64,000 bases of DNA from Octopus vulgaris (GCA_951406725.2 OX597829.1:12462001-12526000), one strand, 5' to 3'. Counted from the stretch's first letter, positions 25,990 through 40,410 are shown. The notes: a model not told the origin generated them from the letters alone. Made by a program: numbers and translations.

Positions 25990-26337
25990 ATTTTACTCAT
26001 TTCGTCCATACTGGAGCACCGCCCTAATGGCTTTTAATCGAAGAAATCGACACCAGGACTTATTCTTTGTGAGCCGAGTACTTATTCTGTCGGTTCTTTT
26101 GCTGCACCGTTATTTTATAAGGACATAAACACACCAGCATTAATACACACACACACACGTACACACATATATGCGACGGGCTTCTTTCAGTTTCCGTCTA
26201 CCAAATCCACTCACAAGGTTTTTGTTGGTCCGAGGCTATGGTAGAAAACACTTGCCCAAGGTGCCACACAATGAGATTGAACCCGGATCCATTTGAAATG
26301 GAAGTAAGTCTCTAACCACACAGTCACGCATGCGCCT
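25990..26337 (-). mobile_element. SINE family 1, diverged
   Basis: ctggagcaccgcc, cttctttcagtttccgtctaccaaatccactcacaagg, acacttgcccaaggtgccac. Confidence 0.85.
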
Positions 26338-26539
26338 ATATGTTAAAACATATTGAAAGCATCCAGAATTTCCGTGTCATCAACTAGAATCTTTAAGGGC
26401 TTTTTTTTATGTAAAGCATGCAAAATCAACGTTTGTATTTAAAATTAATTGGGAACATAATAGTATGTTTTTCTTTAATTTTATTTGAAACAAAAATAAA
26501 TACATTTGAAGGACAAGATCTTTATTGTTTCAATTTTCA

Positions 26540-26775
26540 GGGTTACTCTGCAACTTGTACCCAAGATCCCATCACATTCAAACGAAACCTGTACAAATTT
26601 CTTCAAGGGATACCAGATAACCCACCTATACCTGTTTACATCTTAGTCAAAAATATCTCCCAACTTGATTGAACCACGATGCCACAAAACATGACTTAGC
26701 ATATTCTATGAGGTGAAGCCATTAAGTTAATCATTTCTTGGGTCAATCTTAGGCCGAATCATATCTAAATTATCT
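26540..26775 (+). mobile_element. CR1-like LINE extreme 3' end
   Basis: ITFKRNLYKFLQGIPDNPPIPVY..NISQLD resembles the FKxxLDxFLxxIPDxP ORF2 terminus; a short 3' UTR follows. Confidence 0.65.
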
Positions 26776-27173
26776 TATTCTGATATAAGCTTCATATAAG
26801 TTTTAAAGACGGAGACATATTTGCAGGAAAGGTAGTACTTGAGTTCCACATGCCTAAGCAGCTGATCATGGAAAGGACCGACTCAAGGCGCTTGCGTGTT
26901 CCATAGATCCGAAAGAGCGTTATATCAGTATGACACATAATGTCTGATATAGTTTATAGACTTACCATTCATCTTCCTGTCCAAAAAAAAGAGCATTTTC
27001 AAACAGGAAAAGGTCTTCAAGTAAGAATATAGCCGAGAGACACATCTCAGTGCAGAGTTCCAATTCAACAATGGAAATGGAAAATTTACGTTAATACTTG
27101 CAATCTGCAATTTCCTTTATATTATATATATATATATATATATATACTGTATTCATAAACTATATGTTACCAA

Positions 27174-27788
27174 CAGAGGCAGTATTAATACTGATAATAT
27201 TTATTCCCAATCAAATGAGGTTTTTTCTGTTAGAACAAACTATACTGTGGTAGCCACCACGAGAAAAACCTTCACATTGGAATTTTGGTGCAAAATGCAC
27301 ACTCTTGCTTATATCACTAACGGGGAGATACATCTCTATTATCGTTACTACCGAGATCAGCAGATCACGTGATTTCGACACCGTTTGGTCTTGTCTATGA
27401 GGGATACTCGAGTGCTAGAGACAGATTCATCAACTCTCGCTATTAATATCGTCTCTGTCGCCAGTATGTATTTTATATTTTTGAAGCTAACTGGCTAATC
27501 GCGACTCCTGTACGTGTTCTGGTACTGTCAATCTATATATTGCTGGCGGAGAGTTGATTCCCTACTGTCTCTATCTGTCGAGTGTTCATTATTGACGAGA
27601 CCAAACAAGGTCGAAATCATCTGATCTTGTGGCCATGGCGCTGGTGTTATCGGGGATTTATATATCAGCTAGCGATATAAACAAGAGTGCATATTACATC
27701 AAAAAAGCTAATATGAGAATTTCTCTCATGGTATCTACTGGAGTATAATAATAACAGAACATCCCATGTTTAAGTGGGGATAAATATT
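27174..27788. mobile_element. ~600-bp fold-back (near-fully palindromic) MITE
   Basis: Arm pairs: aatatttattccca/tggggataaatatt; cactcttgcttatatcacta/tagcgatataaacaagagtg; gatttcgacaccgtttggtcttgtc/gacgagaccaaacaaggtcgaaatc; tcaactctc/gagagttga. Confidence 0.85.
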
Positions 27789-28591
27789 GAATTCAATGAA
27801 GATTACTTAAAAATGGATAGTCAGACAAAGCAATCATAAAATTATTACCTGTATGAATTTGGTTATTCCGACGTTATCTCCAGGTGATAACTGCTTCACG
27901 TTCCAAGAATGTGGTACTGCAGAAAATAGAGGAGAGTTCAGGGTGAAATTGTGTATTATGCTGAAACTTGAAGATTCTTGCATATGACTAGAAGTATTGG
28001 AAAACTACAATGAATTTAAGATCAATTCAGAAAATACTTCAACGTTTAGAATGCCCTCAAGACTTTGAGAAATATTTGCAGCTATTTGTGTCTTTTGTAA
28101 TCCTCAAATGTCATTCAGTTTTGGATGTCTTTCAGAGAACAATTTGATTGAAGATCGTTTACATAGAGGATAAGAAAGAAAAGACGCGGAAAACTAAACG
28201 TCTCTCTTCAGGCGATAAATCAACTTTTAATCGAAAATGGAATACTTTGTCGGTGAACAGAAACGTTGGAGAGACTTTCGGGATATAAACGAACGAGAAC
28301 TTATTTAGATATTTTAAATAGTCTGAATAAAGAACAATAAATAATTGCAAATGTAGTGACAGATGCAGTTGAAAAGGCGAGGAGTACTCCATAATGGAGT
28401 TGCTTTTATATCGCTGCTTGCAGGGGAAGTGCTAAAACTTATCAAATGAATATTATCATTTCTTGTCTTATGAGTCACAATTTAATAGTGACAAGTGCTG
28501 CATGGACAGCTGTTACTACTATACCACTGTTAGGTGTGAGATGTTTAATTGATGTAAGTACTTGTGACATTTCTCCTACATTAAGCCAGTG

Positions 28592-28747
28592 AGATGGCAG
28601 AATTATTAGCGCGTCAAGAAAAATGCTTAGCAGCATTTCGTCCTTTCCTACGTTCTGGGATCAAATGAGTACCAGTTGAGCACTGATGTCAATGTAATCG
28701 GCTTACTCCCCTTCCCGAAATTGCTGGAGTGAACCAAAATTTGAAAT
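28592..28747 (+). mobile_element. SINE family 2, internally deleted
   Basis: tggcagaattattagc...aaatgcttagc...agtaccagttgagcactg...aaaatttgaaa. Confidence 0.75.
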
Positions 28748-29771
28748 CAATAATTCTCTTACATAAGTCTAATTGAGGAACCGAGACTTAATTATCATTG
28801 ATGAAGAAGTCATTATACCCAAATTAGCCATTCTTGTGATGGATAAATACTCTCAAGATATTGGTATCAACTATATACGTCGGAGAATGATCAGCCAATA
28901 TTACAGACCATGTTACCTACTATTCCACGGCTGTCGCCTAGATTTGTTTTTTTTATGAATGCCTCAAATGATCACATCTCTGGCAACATTCAATATCGCT
29001 TAAATTCAAAATATCCGAGTCACAGAAACAGAGGCTTGGCAAATTTGTTGCTTCTGCTTGGAAATCAAATTAGTGTTAATTGGGCAGTATTCAATTGAAT
29101 TACCCAGCTCATTTACTGCATCTGGTATGCTGCCACAGATTAAATTTTAAAATATGCTCATCATGTAATTTTCTGCAATTAATTTGTAATGGAAGAAAAC
29201 TAGAAATTGTTACTTTACATTGTAAATGCAATGAAAGTTTCTTTATAAGTGGTGTTTGATATCTATTGATTGAAGTTTAAATCTATTGATTGAAGTTTAA
29301 ATGTTTTAAATCTATAAGATTATCTTTATTTAATGCCAATTAATAAAACACACGGTCAAATATTTAATAAGAGAGGGATTTAAATACCCCACTAATACAT
29401 GTACATAAATAGTTAGTTATATGTTGCATATAAAGCGAAAAAATTAGCTCAAAATTTTGGGGTAGTTAACGCCAAAAAGTAATGAAAACAAAACAAAAAA
29501 AAAGAAAGAAAGAAAGTACCACTTGAAACGTTGTTACGCAGTATTAAATCAATTTATGAAAATGACCATTAATGACAAAATGAGTCTAATGACCAACGAT
29601 GTGATAATTATTCTGGTATAACAATGTAATGACGGCAATGTAATTAAATATTGATTTTAATTGATTTTTTCCCCCTTTTTCCAAATAATATTCATTCTAT
29701 AAGTTGTTGTCATCGACATAAGTTTGTATTCATGCAGTTAATCCGTGGCGAGTGATTGAGCCTCTTCACCC

Positions 29772-29990
29772 TTATGAGTGCGAAAGGTGCCAGTGCCTGA
29801 GGTGGCTGTTCAGGCCTAGGGTGGTATAGAAGAATCTGAAGCATTTATTGGAGAATAGAGTTGACAGGGACGAGAATGTACGAGTCGTACTTTGCGTCTA
29901 CGACGTCTGATTTCTGCTTCTTGACGTTTGTTATTTTCCATCTGGTCTTCCTTCAAGGTTTGCTTCTCAATCATGTAGTTTTGGGTACAG
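29772..29990 (-). mobile_element. RTE-clade LINE 3' end remnant
   Basis: Minus strand: ENNKRQEAEIRRRRRK...KCFRFFYTTLGLNSHLRHWH (RTE C-terminal finger). Confidence 0.6.
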
Positions 29991-30639
29991 CCTCATTGCG
30001 TGACATCTGCTATAGCTTTGGGTCGATCAAAGCCTTGTGAGTGGATTTGGTAGACAGAAACTGAAAGAAGTCTATCATACATACATACATATATATGCAT
30101 ACATATATACATGCATACATACATAAATATATACATCCACACAAACACACACACACACGCACGCACGCACACACACACAAACATACACTCACACACACAC
30201 ATAAATACACGACTGCACGTTGGGCGGTACTTAGCGATTGTGTCCAGATATTTGGGTCAATACAACAGCGGAGGAGGCTGTCCTTGGGAGTGGTATCAGA
30301 AACCGAGTTTGAGAATTTCGTGTGGACTGTTCGGACCAAAGTGGTATCGAATAGCCGGGAGCATTTATCGCTATAGAGGGTTGCGAGGACAAGGAATTGC
30401 GAGTCACTCTTAGCATCTTTGACATCTGATCTTCTTGTCTGTTATTTTCCATCAACTCCATTTCATTGACGATGTCATGGAGCCATTTTGGGTGGTCCTT
30501 GGCAATTATCTCCCAGGTATTTGGGTCAGTGCAGCGGAAGAGTGTGGCTTTTAGCTGGTCCCGGTAACGGAATTTGGATGCTACACGTGGTGTGGTGCTC
30601 GAGGCCTTCTCTTCAAAGAGTTCGCGAGGGAGACGTGTT

Positions 30640-33360
30640 TCAAATATGCATATACATTATACATAGTTTGTTAACTAGTTCTCCCTCTAATCTGTTTCTT
30701 TCTATTGCTAAATCTTTGCTAAACCCTATCGATTCTACTCTTATCGCTCTCTTCAGAGCGATCCACCACCAGTTGCTGACGATTTCCCCCGTAAACTATC
30801 AGTTAACTATTTCGTTAATCCGGTTCCTGTAGTCTTTGCATACTGGTATGGACGCATTCCACTTCCAGTAACCGGATCCCTGTCCTATCTGAATCGACTG
30901 TGCATATCAAAAATTTGCGATTTGTGTAGCCGACCAATTTGAATTGTGGACAACCTATGCTATCCCTATCTTCTGACATAACAAATACTATATCTAAATA
31001 CGATCTGAATGACCCGCTGTGGTTACACCATGTCCACACTGGCATATCAGAGAATTCCAGTCGGTACCTGTCTGGAAATCCCTGAGCAGGTTTCCGAGGC
31101 TTTTACACCCACTTCTGCTACTTACTAAACCACATAGTCCTTCCGTACGTCCAAAATACTATTGCAGTTCCCCCACTAGTACTAAAGTGCGAGACGTTCT
31201 CAAGAATGTTTCTAGACGCCTGAAAAAATTTGACCTTCTAGCTCCTCTTGGGACATAAACCTCCACTAGTCTAAAGGCGCCACCTTCGCTGCCGTTCACG
31301 TCCAGGACCATCACCCTACCATCCAGATCTAGGAAGATAGCGTATACTTGGAGACCTAAGGATTTACGGAGTAACACTGCTACACCGCCCCCCGCCCCCG
31401 AACACCTCGTAGTCCTCGAAAATGGATGCTAGAGCGTGTTTTCCGGAGATCATTGTTTCACTAATGGCAGCCACATTTAAATCAAGCGATCTGAGATCGT
31501 TGAGTAAGTGACCTTGCTTCCAAGCTGATCCTAGGCCACGCACATTCACACCATTCTCAGCACAATCATGCTAATCACAGAAAGTAAAGGAGGAGGTTAT
31601 TCACCTTGGTTTTCGAGAAGACCAGAAGTTCCGAAACTCTTTACTGGCGATTATTTTTTAAAAGACCTTCCAACTGCTTTTTATCAACTGTTTTTTAAAA
31701 AATCCCCACACTACATGGAAATTTTTCTCATAGTTATATAAATGTTAATTAAGGGTCTGTACGGAGCGGGGGTTGGGGTTGAAATATTCAAATTCCTTTC
31801 CCTCGGTCTCTATTTTCTTTATTTTTTACTTATAATATCCACCAATTCACTGTTGCACTTGTTCACAACGTTGAAATTGATGGATACATTTTGACAACAG
31901 TCTGATGGATATTCTTGTTTTTTAAGTTCCGCTATTGGTTGTTTTTGTGTTTTTGTGGTTTCATGCTGTTGTTGATGTTGCTGTTTTTGAAGTTATTGTT
32001 CTTGTTCTTGTTTTTGCTGGAGTGGTTGTTAAATTGTGTTGCAGTTGTGGTTTCTCTATATCTTTTTGTTGAATACTTAGAGCAGGGCTGAGTACTATCC
32101 TCCTCTTTTAACTACCCCCTTCTGTCACAGTGATCCATTGTCCATTCAGCTCTTCTTTCTCCATATCATTGCAGTAGATGTTGGTTTGGGAGGCAGAGCG
32201 TTCAGGAGAAGGTTGTTTTCTCGTGGCATTGATGGTGTAGACTCCTTCTTTGTGTTGGTTTGGGCATGGATATGGGCGTTGGTGTGGGTGTAGTTGCAGG
32301 AGTCTTGAAGACTTATTCCTGATTTTGAGTTTGTGGTGTTTGTAGTGTTGGCAGTAGTGAGAGTTTAGTTTTCCTTATTTCGGGGTAGAAAGCTTTTAAG
32401 GGAGTTTCAAAACCATTCATGTGGCATGTTGGCTTTAACCACTCATGTGGCATGTTGGCTTTCTACCCTCCGCTAAGACTGACAGGTAAGTACTATCCGG
32501 GAGATCAATTAGATCATGCAGGTAGTCTGTATGGACTTGCTTACATTGTAAGGTCAGTTCCAAACCTATACCTGACAAGTTTTGTTTTAGTATTTTCTTG
32601 ACGTCCAAGATTGTGTCGTCTTCTTCATCTAAACCTGCCAAGACGGCCGCCACTAACCAGAGAGTGGATATTTCTGGTATCCCGTTCAGCATCCTAACCT
32701 TAGCAAGGCGTTCGCCGCGATAACTGGAGATTAAGAAGTTTTCACTCCGGAAAGTGGTCGCAGAATGAAATATGACTTCTTCTTCACTCCCAAATCTCAC
32801 CTCAATAGTTCAAAACTTCTTTCCTCGAGTTATATTGGTCTCCTGTTTCCATACGCGCCCAAGGCAATTTTGTATTTCACGCTCAGACGCATTTTTCACC
32901 CGCCGAAATTAATCTCCTATGCAGCGGTATGTGACTGTAAATCCCAAGATACTCTCTATTACGTTGGAAGCGACACTTCTCTCATTCCTTTTGACAATGT
33001 CCCATGCTATTTTAAAATCTTCTTCGTCTATGCGGAAATTTTCCAAATTTCTCGCTGCAATCGCAAAAGAGATCATTGTAGCGGAGGTGGCTGTGGCGGC
33101 GTGGCGATATTCGCGTTTTTGTTTCATTTCTTTAGTATTGTTGTTGCTGTTGATGATTTTCTTGTTCATGTTGTTGTTGTTGTTGTCACTGCTGCTGCTA
33201 CTGTTGTCATCGTCGTCGTCACCGAAGATTTTGACGTTGCTTAGAGACGAAACAGTATTCGCCTCAGTGACGTCATTAAGTGTAGCCCATTCTACATCTT
33301 TGTTCTCATTTTTCTCTGACAATGATCTCGTTGTCGAACAATATTATGGCTTCTTTATCC
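30640..33360 (-). mobile_element. L1/Tx1-clade LINE 5' portion (ORF1 and APE endonuclease), degenerate
   Basis: APE: NVRGL, AISET, LDGRVMVLDV, FRLVEVYVP, WTWCN..RSYLDIVFV (31549 to 30815). ORF1 pieces 32435-33322 end in EGRKPTCH (zinc-knuckle start). Confidence 0.85.
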
Positions 33361-33589
33361 GCCATCTTTAATTAATTAAGCAAAATTGCAAAATATTTGC
33401 TATTGCCGAAAGTAGTTAAAATTTGAAAAGTATTGATGCGCACCGCCTGCAATACAGGGGGTGTTTCTACACAAAAATATTGCATGGCATATAAGGCTAC
33501 TTGTAGCTCGATGTTAGCATTTGTTTCTTTTCCAACTGTCTAATCTGCTGAGTATATATGAAAACAACAATAATAATCCCTTCTACAAA

Positions 33590-33772
33590 ACTGCACAAGG
33601 CCTGAAATTTTAGGGGAAAGGACCAGTGTTTTACTGGTACTTAATTTATCGACCCCGAAAGGATGAAATGCAAAGCTGACTTCTGGAATTTGAACTCAGA
33701 ATGAAACGATGGGCGACATATCGCTAAGCATTCCGTCCTGCGTGCTAACGATTTTGCCAGCTCACCACCTTA
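33590..33772 (-). mobile_element. SINE family 2
   Basis: ctggtacttaatttatcgaccccgaaaggatgaaa; ggaatttgaactcagaa; tgctaacgattttgccagctc. Confidence 0.8.
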
Positions 33773-33839
33773 AAAAAAAAATAATGATGATGATGAGGAG
33801 GAGGATGATAATAATAATCATATGCTAATATTGTTTGGG

Positions 33840-35718
33840 CGCAATACTCCTTTCAAAAAGTATTAGCATAAACTGTGGCATTTTCCAAGGTGACTCACTT
33901 TCACCACTAATTTTCTGCATAGCACTAATACCACTCTCAAGTGAACTGAATAGAACAGGGTATGGCTACAAAATTGACAACAGGAAAATAAGCCATCTAT
34001 TTTATATGGATTATTTAAAACTATACGGCAAAGATGATGAAGAGCTTCAAGGACTCTTACATACTGGGAAGGGATTCAGTGATGATATCGGGATGGAGTT
34101 TGGCCTTGAAAAGTGTGCCAAAGCCACTTTTAAGGAAGGGAAATTGGTAAAGTCAAGTTCAATCGAATTAGATGTCGAAACAGTAATAAAGGAACTTGAG
34201 CAGGAACAAACCTATAAATACCTAGGAATAAACGAAGGCTCTGGTATCCAGCATGCAAGCATGAAAGAGAAGGGTAGTAAGGAATGTTATAGAAGAGTTC
34301 AAGCAGTCCTGAAGTCTGTGCTGAATAAATATAATAAGGTGTTAGCCATAAATTCCTTAGCAGTCCCAGTTGTTCTTTATAGCTCAAATGTGCTTAACTG
34401 GAATACCAGTGAAATTGTGAAAATTGACAGAAAAATCCGCAAGCTACTGACTTGTAATAAGATGCACCATCCAAAAGCAGACGTGCTTCGTCTTTACTTT
34501 CCCAGAGCTCAGGGAGGTCGAGGCTTGATCCAGCTTGAACTTACATACAAAACCACCACAATCGGACTGGCCAAATACCTTGAAGCAACCAACGATTGGA
34601 TGCTAAAACTTGTTGAAAAACATGAAAGACCTAAAAAACTTCGCTCTATTCTCAAAAGAGAACAAATCATTCGTTACTGATCTCTTAGATACCTACCAGA
34701 TTGATTAGGGTGAAAGAAATGCACCAACTTATGCTGCAAAGAACATAAAATTAATTGCAAAGACAAAAGCACATGAAAATTTAGCTAGCAGATGGGAACA
34801 GAAACCTCTCCATGGCAAGTATGCGGCTCGTAGCAAACAAGCTGATGTCGACCAGAAACACACGCACCAATGGTTACGAAGCTCAGGGCTAAAAGCAGAG
34901 AGTGAAGGTTTCATATTAGCTGCTCAAGACCAAAGCTTTTTAACCCGGAACTACCAAGCCAATGTGATAAAAAATAGAGCTGACCCAAAATGCCGATCTG
35001 TAACAATGAGATTGAAACAATAGACCACCTAATCTCAGGGTGTAGAATCTTAACACCTGTAGAATATAAAGCAAGACATGACAGAGTCGGCCAGTATTTA
35101 GATTGGACAATATGTCGGTATTATAAAATCAAAACAAATGGTATAAACACCATCCTGAAGCTGTGACTGAGGGAGAAAATGTGTCGATTCTATGGGACTT
35201 CCCCGTACATACAGACAAGACTATAAAAGATAATAAACCGGATATTATTATAAAAGATCAGACAAAAAAGATGTGTTTATTAATTGACATGAGTATCCCT
35301 TGCGATCACAATATAGCGGCGAAAGAATTTGACAAGATTAGTAAATATAAAGACCTGCTAATAGAAATTGAAAAAATGTGGCATCTCAAGGCGACTACAG
35401 TACTAGTGATTGTAGGATCTCTAGGAATGATAAAAAAAGGTACTGAAACATATTTGAAAATGATTTCAGGCTTACCATCCCTACGGGAAGTACAAAAGAT
35501 CGTATTAACTGGAACGGCTTATGTACTAAGAAGAGCACTATCGCTGTGAAAATAACATCCATCCATGAATTTATTTATTTATTAATTTTTAAATACATAT
35601 TTTATCTGTGAATTTGCGTGTGTAATCTGAGAATGCATACAATGAGCTTCTCTGCCCTAGGTGTATGGTAAACACTCGGCGAGAAACGAAAGAAAATTTG
35701 AAGAAAGAAGGAAAAAAA
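33840..35718 (+). mobile_element. R4/Dong-clade non-LTR retrotransposon, lineage A, 5'-truncated pseudo-copy
   Basis: GIFQGDSLSPL, HLFYMDY, PRAQGGRGL, KPLHGKY, AAQDQ, ETIDHLISGC, RHD, and RLE KPDIII..LIDMSIP..K..KYKDL. The 3' UTR is followed by aataat. Confidence 0.93.
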
Positions 35719-35741
35719 TAATAATCGTTATTATTATTTCT

Positions 35742-35950
35742 ACTCTAGGTACAACGCCTTGAAAATTTTTGGAAAATGGGGGCTGATCGATTATATGGAC
35801 ACCAGTGCATAACTCGTACATATTTCACCGACCTCGAAGAGATGAAAGACAAAGTAGACCTTGGTGGAATTTGAACTCTGAACGTTGCAGCAGACGAAGC
35901 ACCGCTAAGTACCTCCCGGTGTGCTAACGACTCTACCAGCTCGCCGCTTT
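35742..35950 (-). mobile_element. SINE family 2
   Basis: ggaatttgaactctgaacgtt; gtgctaacgactctaccagctcgcc; abuts (AAT)n. Confidence 0.8.
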
Positions 35951-35966
35951 AATAATAATGATAAAG

Positions 35967-36061
<95 letters not shown>

Positions 36062-36062
<1 letters not shown>

Positions 36063-36760
36063 TATTCACTGGGTAATTTGCAAAAACCTGGATTTGCCCC
36101 ATGAAAAAAACTGGTGGGAACACAATCCACCTCCAGTGCTTGAAAATGACCACATCTCACTCCTCTGGAACTTCACCCTTCAAACTGACAGAAAGATAGA
36201 TGCAAATAGGCCAGACGTCATATTGAAAGACTTCAGACAAAGAACATGCCTCCTCATTGATATGACTGTCCCAATCGATATAAACGTATCTGTCAAGACC
36301 TACCAAAAACTGAGCAAATATAAAGATCTTGAAATAGAAATCAGCAAAATGTGGAAGCTGAAGAATAAAATAGAACCTGTTGTCATAGGTGCCCTGAGAA
36401 TGATAGCGAAAGGGACTGATTGCTACCTAACTCAGATACCAGGAAACCCCAAAATGGCAGAAATTCAAAAGATAGTGCTCATGGGAACTGCTTATATCCT
36501 ACGCAAAATACTCTCTATGTAATCCCAAGGTTTAAAACAAACTTTTTTTTTATTCTTATTTTAATTTTTTATTTTAATTTTATTTATTTATTTATTTATT
36601 TTCTTATGTATTAGACATTCACTAGTACAACACAACCCCCCCCAAATATTTGGCACACTATGCATAACAACAACGTGAACTTCCAACCTGTTGTCTCTTG
36701 AGGTCTCTGGGTGAGACTTGGAGCCAACTTGTACAGACATAAAGCAAAAGTCAAACATAG
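36062..36760 (+). mobile_element. R4/Dong lineage B 3' fragment (RLE and 3' UTR) in (AAT)n
   Basis: ANRPDVILKD..LIDMTVP..KLSKYKDL. Very similar to 47810-48444; ends caaacatag|aataat. Confidence 0.92.
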
Positions 36761-36807
36761 AATAATAATAATAATAATAATAATAACAATAACAATAATA
36801 ATGATAA

Positions 36808-37326
<519 letters not shown>

Positions 37327-37424
37327 TGGTGATGAAGATGGTGGGGTTAATGATGAGGATGATGATGATGAGGCTGATGATGATGATGATGATGATTGTG
37401 ATGATGAGGATTAGTATGTACTTC

Positions 37425-37806
37425 ATTACCTCCGCCAAGGAAGGATGTTATGTTTTCATCGGCGTTGGTTTGTCCGTCTGTCCGTCTCTGTGCAAAATAA
37501 CTGAAAAAGTTGTGAACGGTATTTAATGAAACTTGCAGAAAAATTTGGTAATAACACAAGAAACAGATGATGAAACCTTGGTAATGATCCGGGAATTTTT
37601 ATGGATTCTTGAAGGATTTTTCATTTGTCATATTTATTTTACATAACGTATTACAATGTTACGTTCTTTGATTATCTCCCTTGAAAACACGTTCATCGTT
37701 TCCACGTAACGTATGGTTGCGTTGCTGTTTCCAAAGTTTATTTTCGTTTCTGTTAGAAGTTTTACTTGCGTATCTATCTTAAAATTAACTGCTTGGCGGA
37801 GGTCTG
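37425..37806 (+). mobile_element. HINE/DINE-1-like non-autonomous Helentron
   Basis: Subterminal inverted repeats acctccgccaag (37428-37439) and cttggcggaggt (37792-37803), with ggttatgttttc and gtccgtctgtcc microsatellite-like block after the 5' IR. Confidence 0.75.
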
Positions 37807-37982
37807 CTGAGGATGTCATGACAAGCCTTGACTATTGGGATCGACTCCAAAATTTCAGGCTTTGATCCCGCAACCGCCGCTGTGAGACTAATTTGTTGTT
37901 GTCATTGATGTATTCTAACTGCTTCAGATGAATCCTATTTTTAAAGGGTTTTTTTAAAATCATATGGCACTGTTATTTTTTT

Positions 37983-38113
37983 TTACACCCACCAAGGAGG
38001 TTATGTTTTTGCCGACGTTGGTTTGGGAAATTGGGCGATTTTCAGCATGTGTGTATATGGGTGGAAATGAGCTGCTTGGCGGAGGTCTCCGTTCTCCGAG
38101 TGTCTTTCTAGTT
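37983..38113 (+). mobile_element. Second, internally deleted HINE-like copy
   Basis: ccaaggaggttatgtttt...cttggcggaggtctccgttctccgagtgtctttctagtt (3' IR, hairpin, ctagt end). Confidence 0.7.
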
Positions 38114-38866
38114 CTTAAATGCAAACGTATAACTATCCTAAAATGTCTCAAATTAAGCACCAAATTTTCTCGGATTCTGTTGTTACAACTCGGTAGTCGT
38201 TATTGTTTAAGTTTGTTACTCTGGTGATTGTCACAGTATTCGTTGATTTTTGGTATCATTGTTGTTGTTGTTGAAATTAATCATCGTCATCCTTGTCGTC
38301 ACCATCATCATGACGATGATGATGATCATCGTCACCATGATCGCCATTGTGGTCTTCATCATCATTATCATAACCATCACCATTGTCATCTTCACCATCA
38401 TCAATACCACAACCATCAACCACCACCACAACCATTGTTACGAATGTCACCACCACAGACACACCGTCATGTCCCTCATCATCATCGTCACCATTATTTT
38501 CATTTCGTTTTAAATGTCTCTCCTCTCTCTCTCTTTTTGCTATTGATTGTTTTTGTGCTTTCCATTCTCCTCATTCCACATGTTTGCTCAGCACCGAAAT
38601 TTCGAAACTGAAATGTCCTTCATCCTTCAAATACGGTGACTTCGGTCAAAATTTATCACCCTCAAACATACCCCACCCACTGTACTTCCACTCCCGAATC
38701 TCCCACACCACTACCTCTCTCTTCTCTCTCATTCTCACCCTCAACCTTATTCTTCGCTCATTCATTCAACAACATTCATAATTTTCTTTCAATGCCATGA
38801 ATCACATTCAAGCCCCGTTTGTTTCTCCCACAACGGCTTCACTCATGTTTTTGACAATGATTCTGT

Positions 38867-38921
38867 TTCTTCTTCTTCTTCTTCTTCTTCTTCTTCTTCT
38901 TCTTCTTCTTCTTCTTCTTCT

Positions 38922-38968
<47 letters not shown>

Positions 38969-39350
38969 TTCTTCTTCTTCTTCTTCTTCTTCTTCTTCTT
39001 CTTCTCCTATCCTTCTTCTTCCTCTTTTTCTCTTTCTTCTTCTTCTTCTTCTTCTTCTTCTTCTTCTTCTTCTTCTCCTTCCTCTTCTTCTTCTTCTTCT
39101 TCTTCTCATTTCTTCTTCTTCTTCTTCTTCTTCTTCTCCTATCCTTCTTCTTCCTCTTTTTCTCTTTCTTCTTCTTCTTCTTCTTCTTCTTCTTCTTCTT
39201 CTTCTTCTCCTTCCTCTTCTTCTTCTTCTTCTTCTTCTTCTTCTTCTTCTTCTTCTTCTTCTTCTTCTTCTTCTCCTTCTTCTTCTCCTTCCTCTTCTTC
39301 TTCTTCTTCTTCTTCTTCCACCACCACCACCACCGCCACCGCCGCCGCCA
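38867..39350. repeat. (CTT)n microsatellite with an internal higher-order duplication
   Basis: The block ctcctatccttcttcttcctctttttctctttc occurs twice (~39004 and ~39135). Confidence 0.95.
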
Positions 39351-39966
39351 CCACTACTACTTCGTTTTCTTCCTCGTCTTCTTCCTTTCTTCTAAACTAC
39401 TAGTACTATTGCTTCTTTTTCTCTTGTTTTCCTCTCCCTTCTCCTTTATCTTTTTTTCTCCTTCTACTCCAACTTCTTTTCTTCTAATTCTTACATTCGT
39501 CATCTTCTTTCGGCTTTTCTCATTTTCCCTCTTCTCAAGCACGAACACCACCGTCATCATTATTTCTTTCTTTTTTATCTTAATCCAAATAAAGTAAACA
39601 GAAACGGTAGAAAAACTGACAGCAGCGGGTAACGGTACAGTTGCGGTGGTGACGATGCAGATGGTGCTGACGGCATCAACGGGGACGTCGGCGGCGACGG
39701 GGTAGAGAGGTTGTGAAGGTCGTAGCGTTTTTTTCTGTCTGGGAAGCTGACAATTAATACTGTTACAGAAGAGTTTACACAGAAACCTATGTAAATACAA
39801 AATCTTACTTTATAATTCTGTCACTGCCAGTTGTCCTCTTCTTTTCTGTATTCCTCAAACAACAAAGTTTTCCTTTCCTTCCTTTTTTTAGTATCTCCCC
39901 CGCCCCCCTTTCTTTCATTATAAGATACGTTTTTGGTTTATGAAATGTTCTCCCCTTCCGTCTATT

Positions 39967-40015
<49 letters not shown>

Positions 40016-40017
40016 TA

Positions 40018-40119
<102 letters not shown>

Positions 40120-40147
40120 ATTATTATTATTATTAGTATTATTATTA

Positions 40148-40229
<82 letters not shown>

Positions 40230-40281
40230 ACTATTATTATTATTATTATTATTATCATCATTATTATTATTATTATTATTA

Positions 40282-40384
<103 letters not shown>

Positions 40385-40410
40385 CATTATTATTATTATT
40401 ATTATTATTT

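Noticed and set aside
28150-28215. Minus-strand CTGAAGA-gagacg hammerhead start
   Set aside because: No GAAA or stem III in a compatible position; at most a decayed relic.
29261-29302. 20-bp tandem duplication (another of ~26 bp at 32417-32466)
   Set aside because: Ordinary slippage duplications with no further structure.
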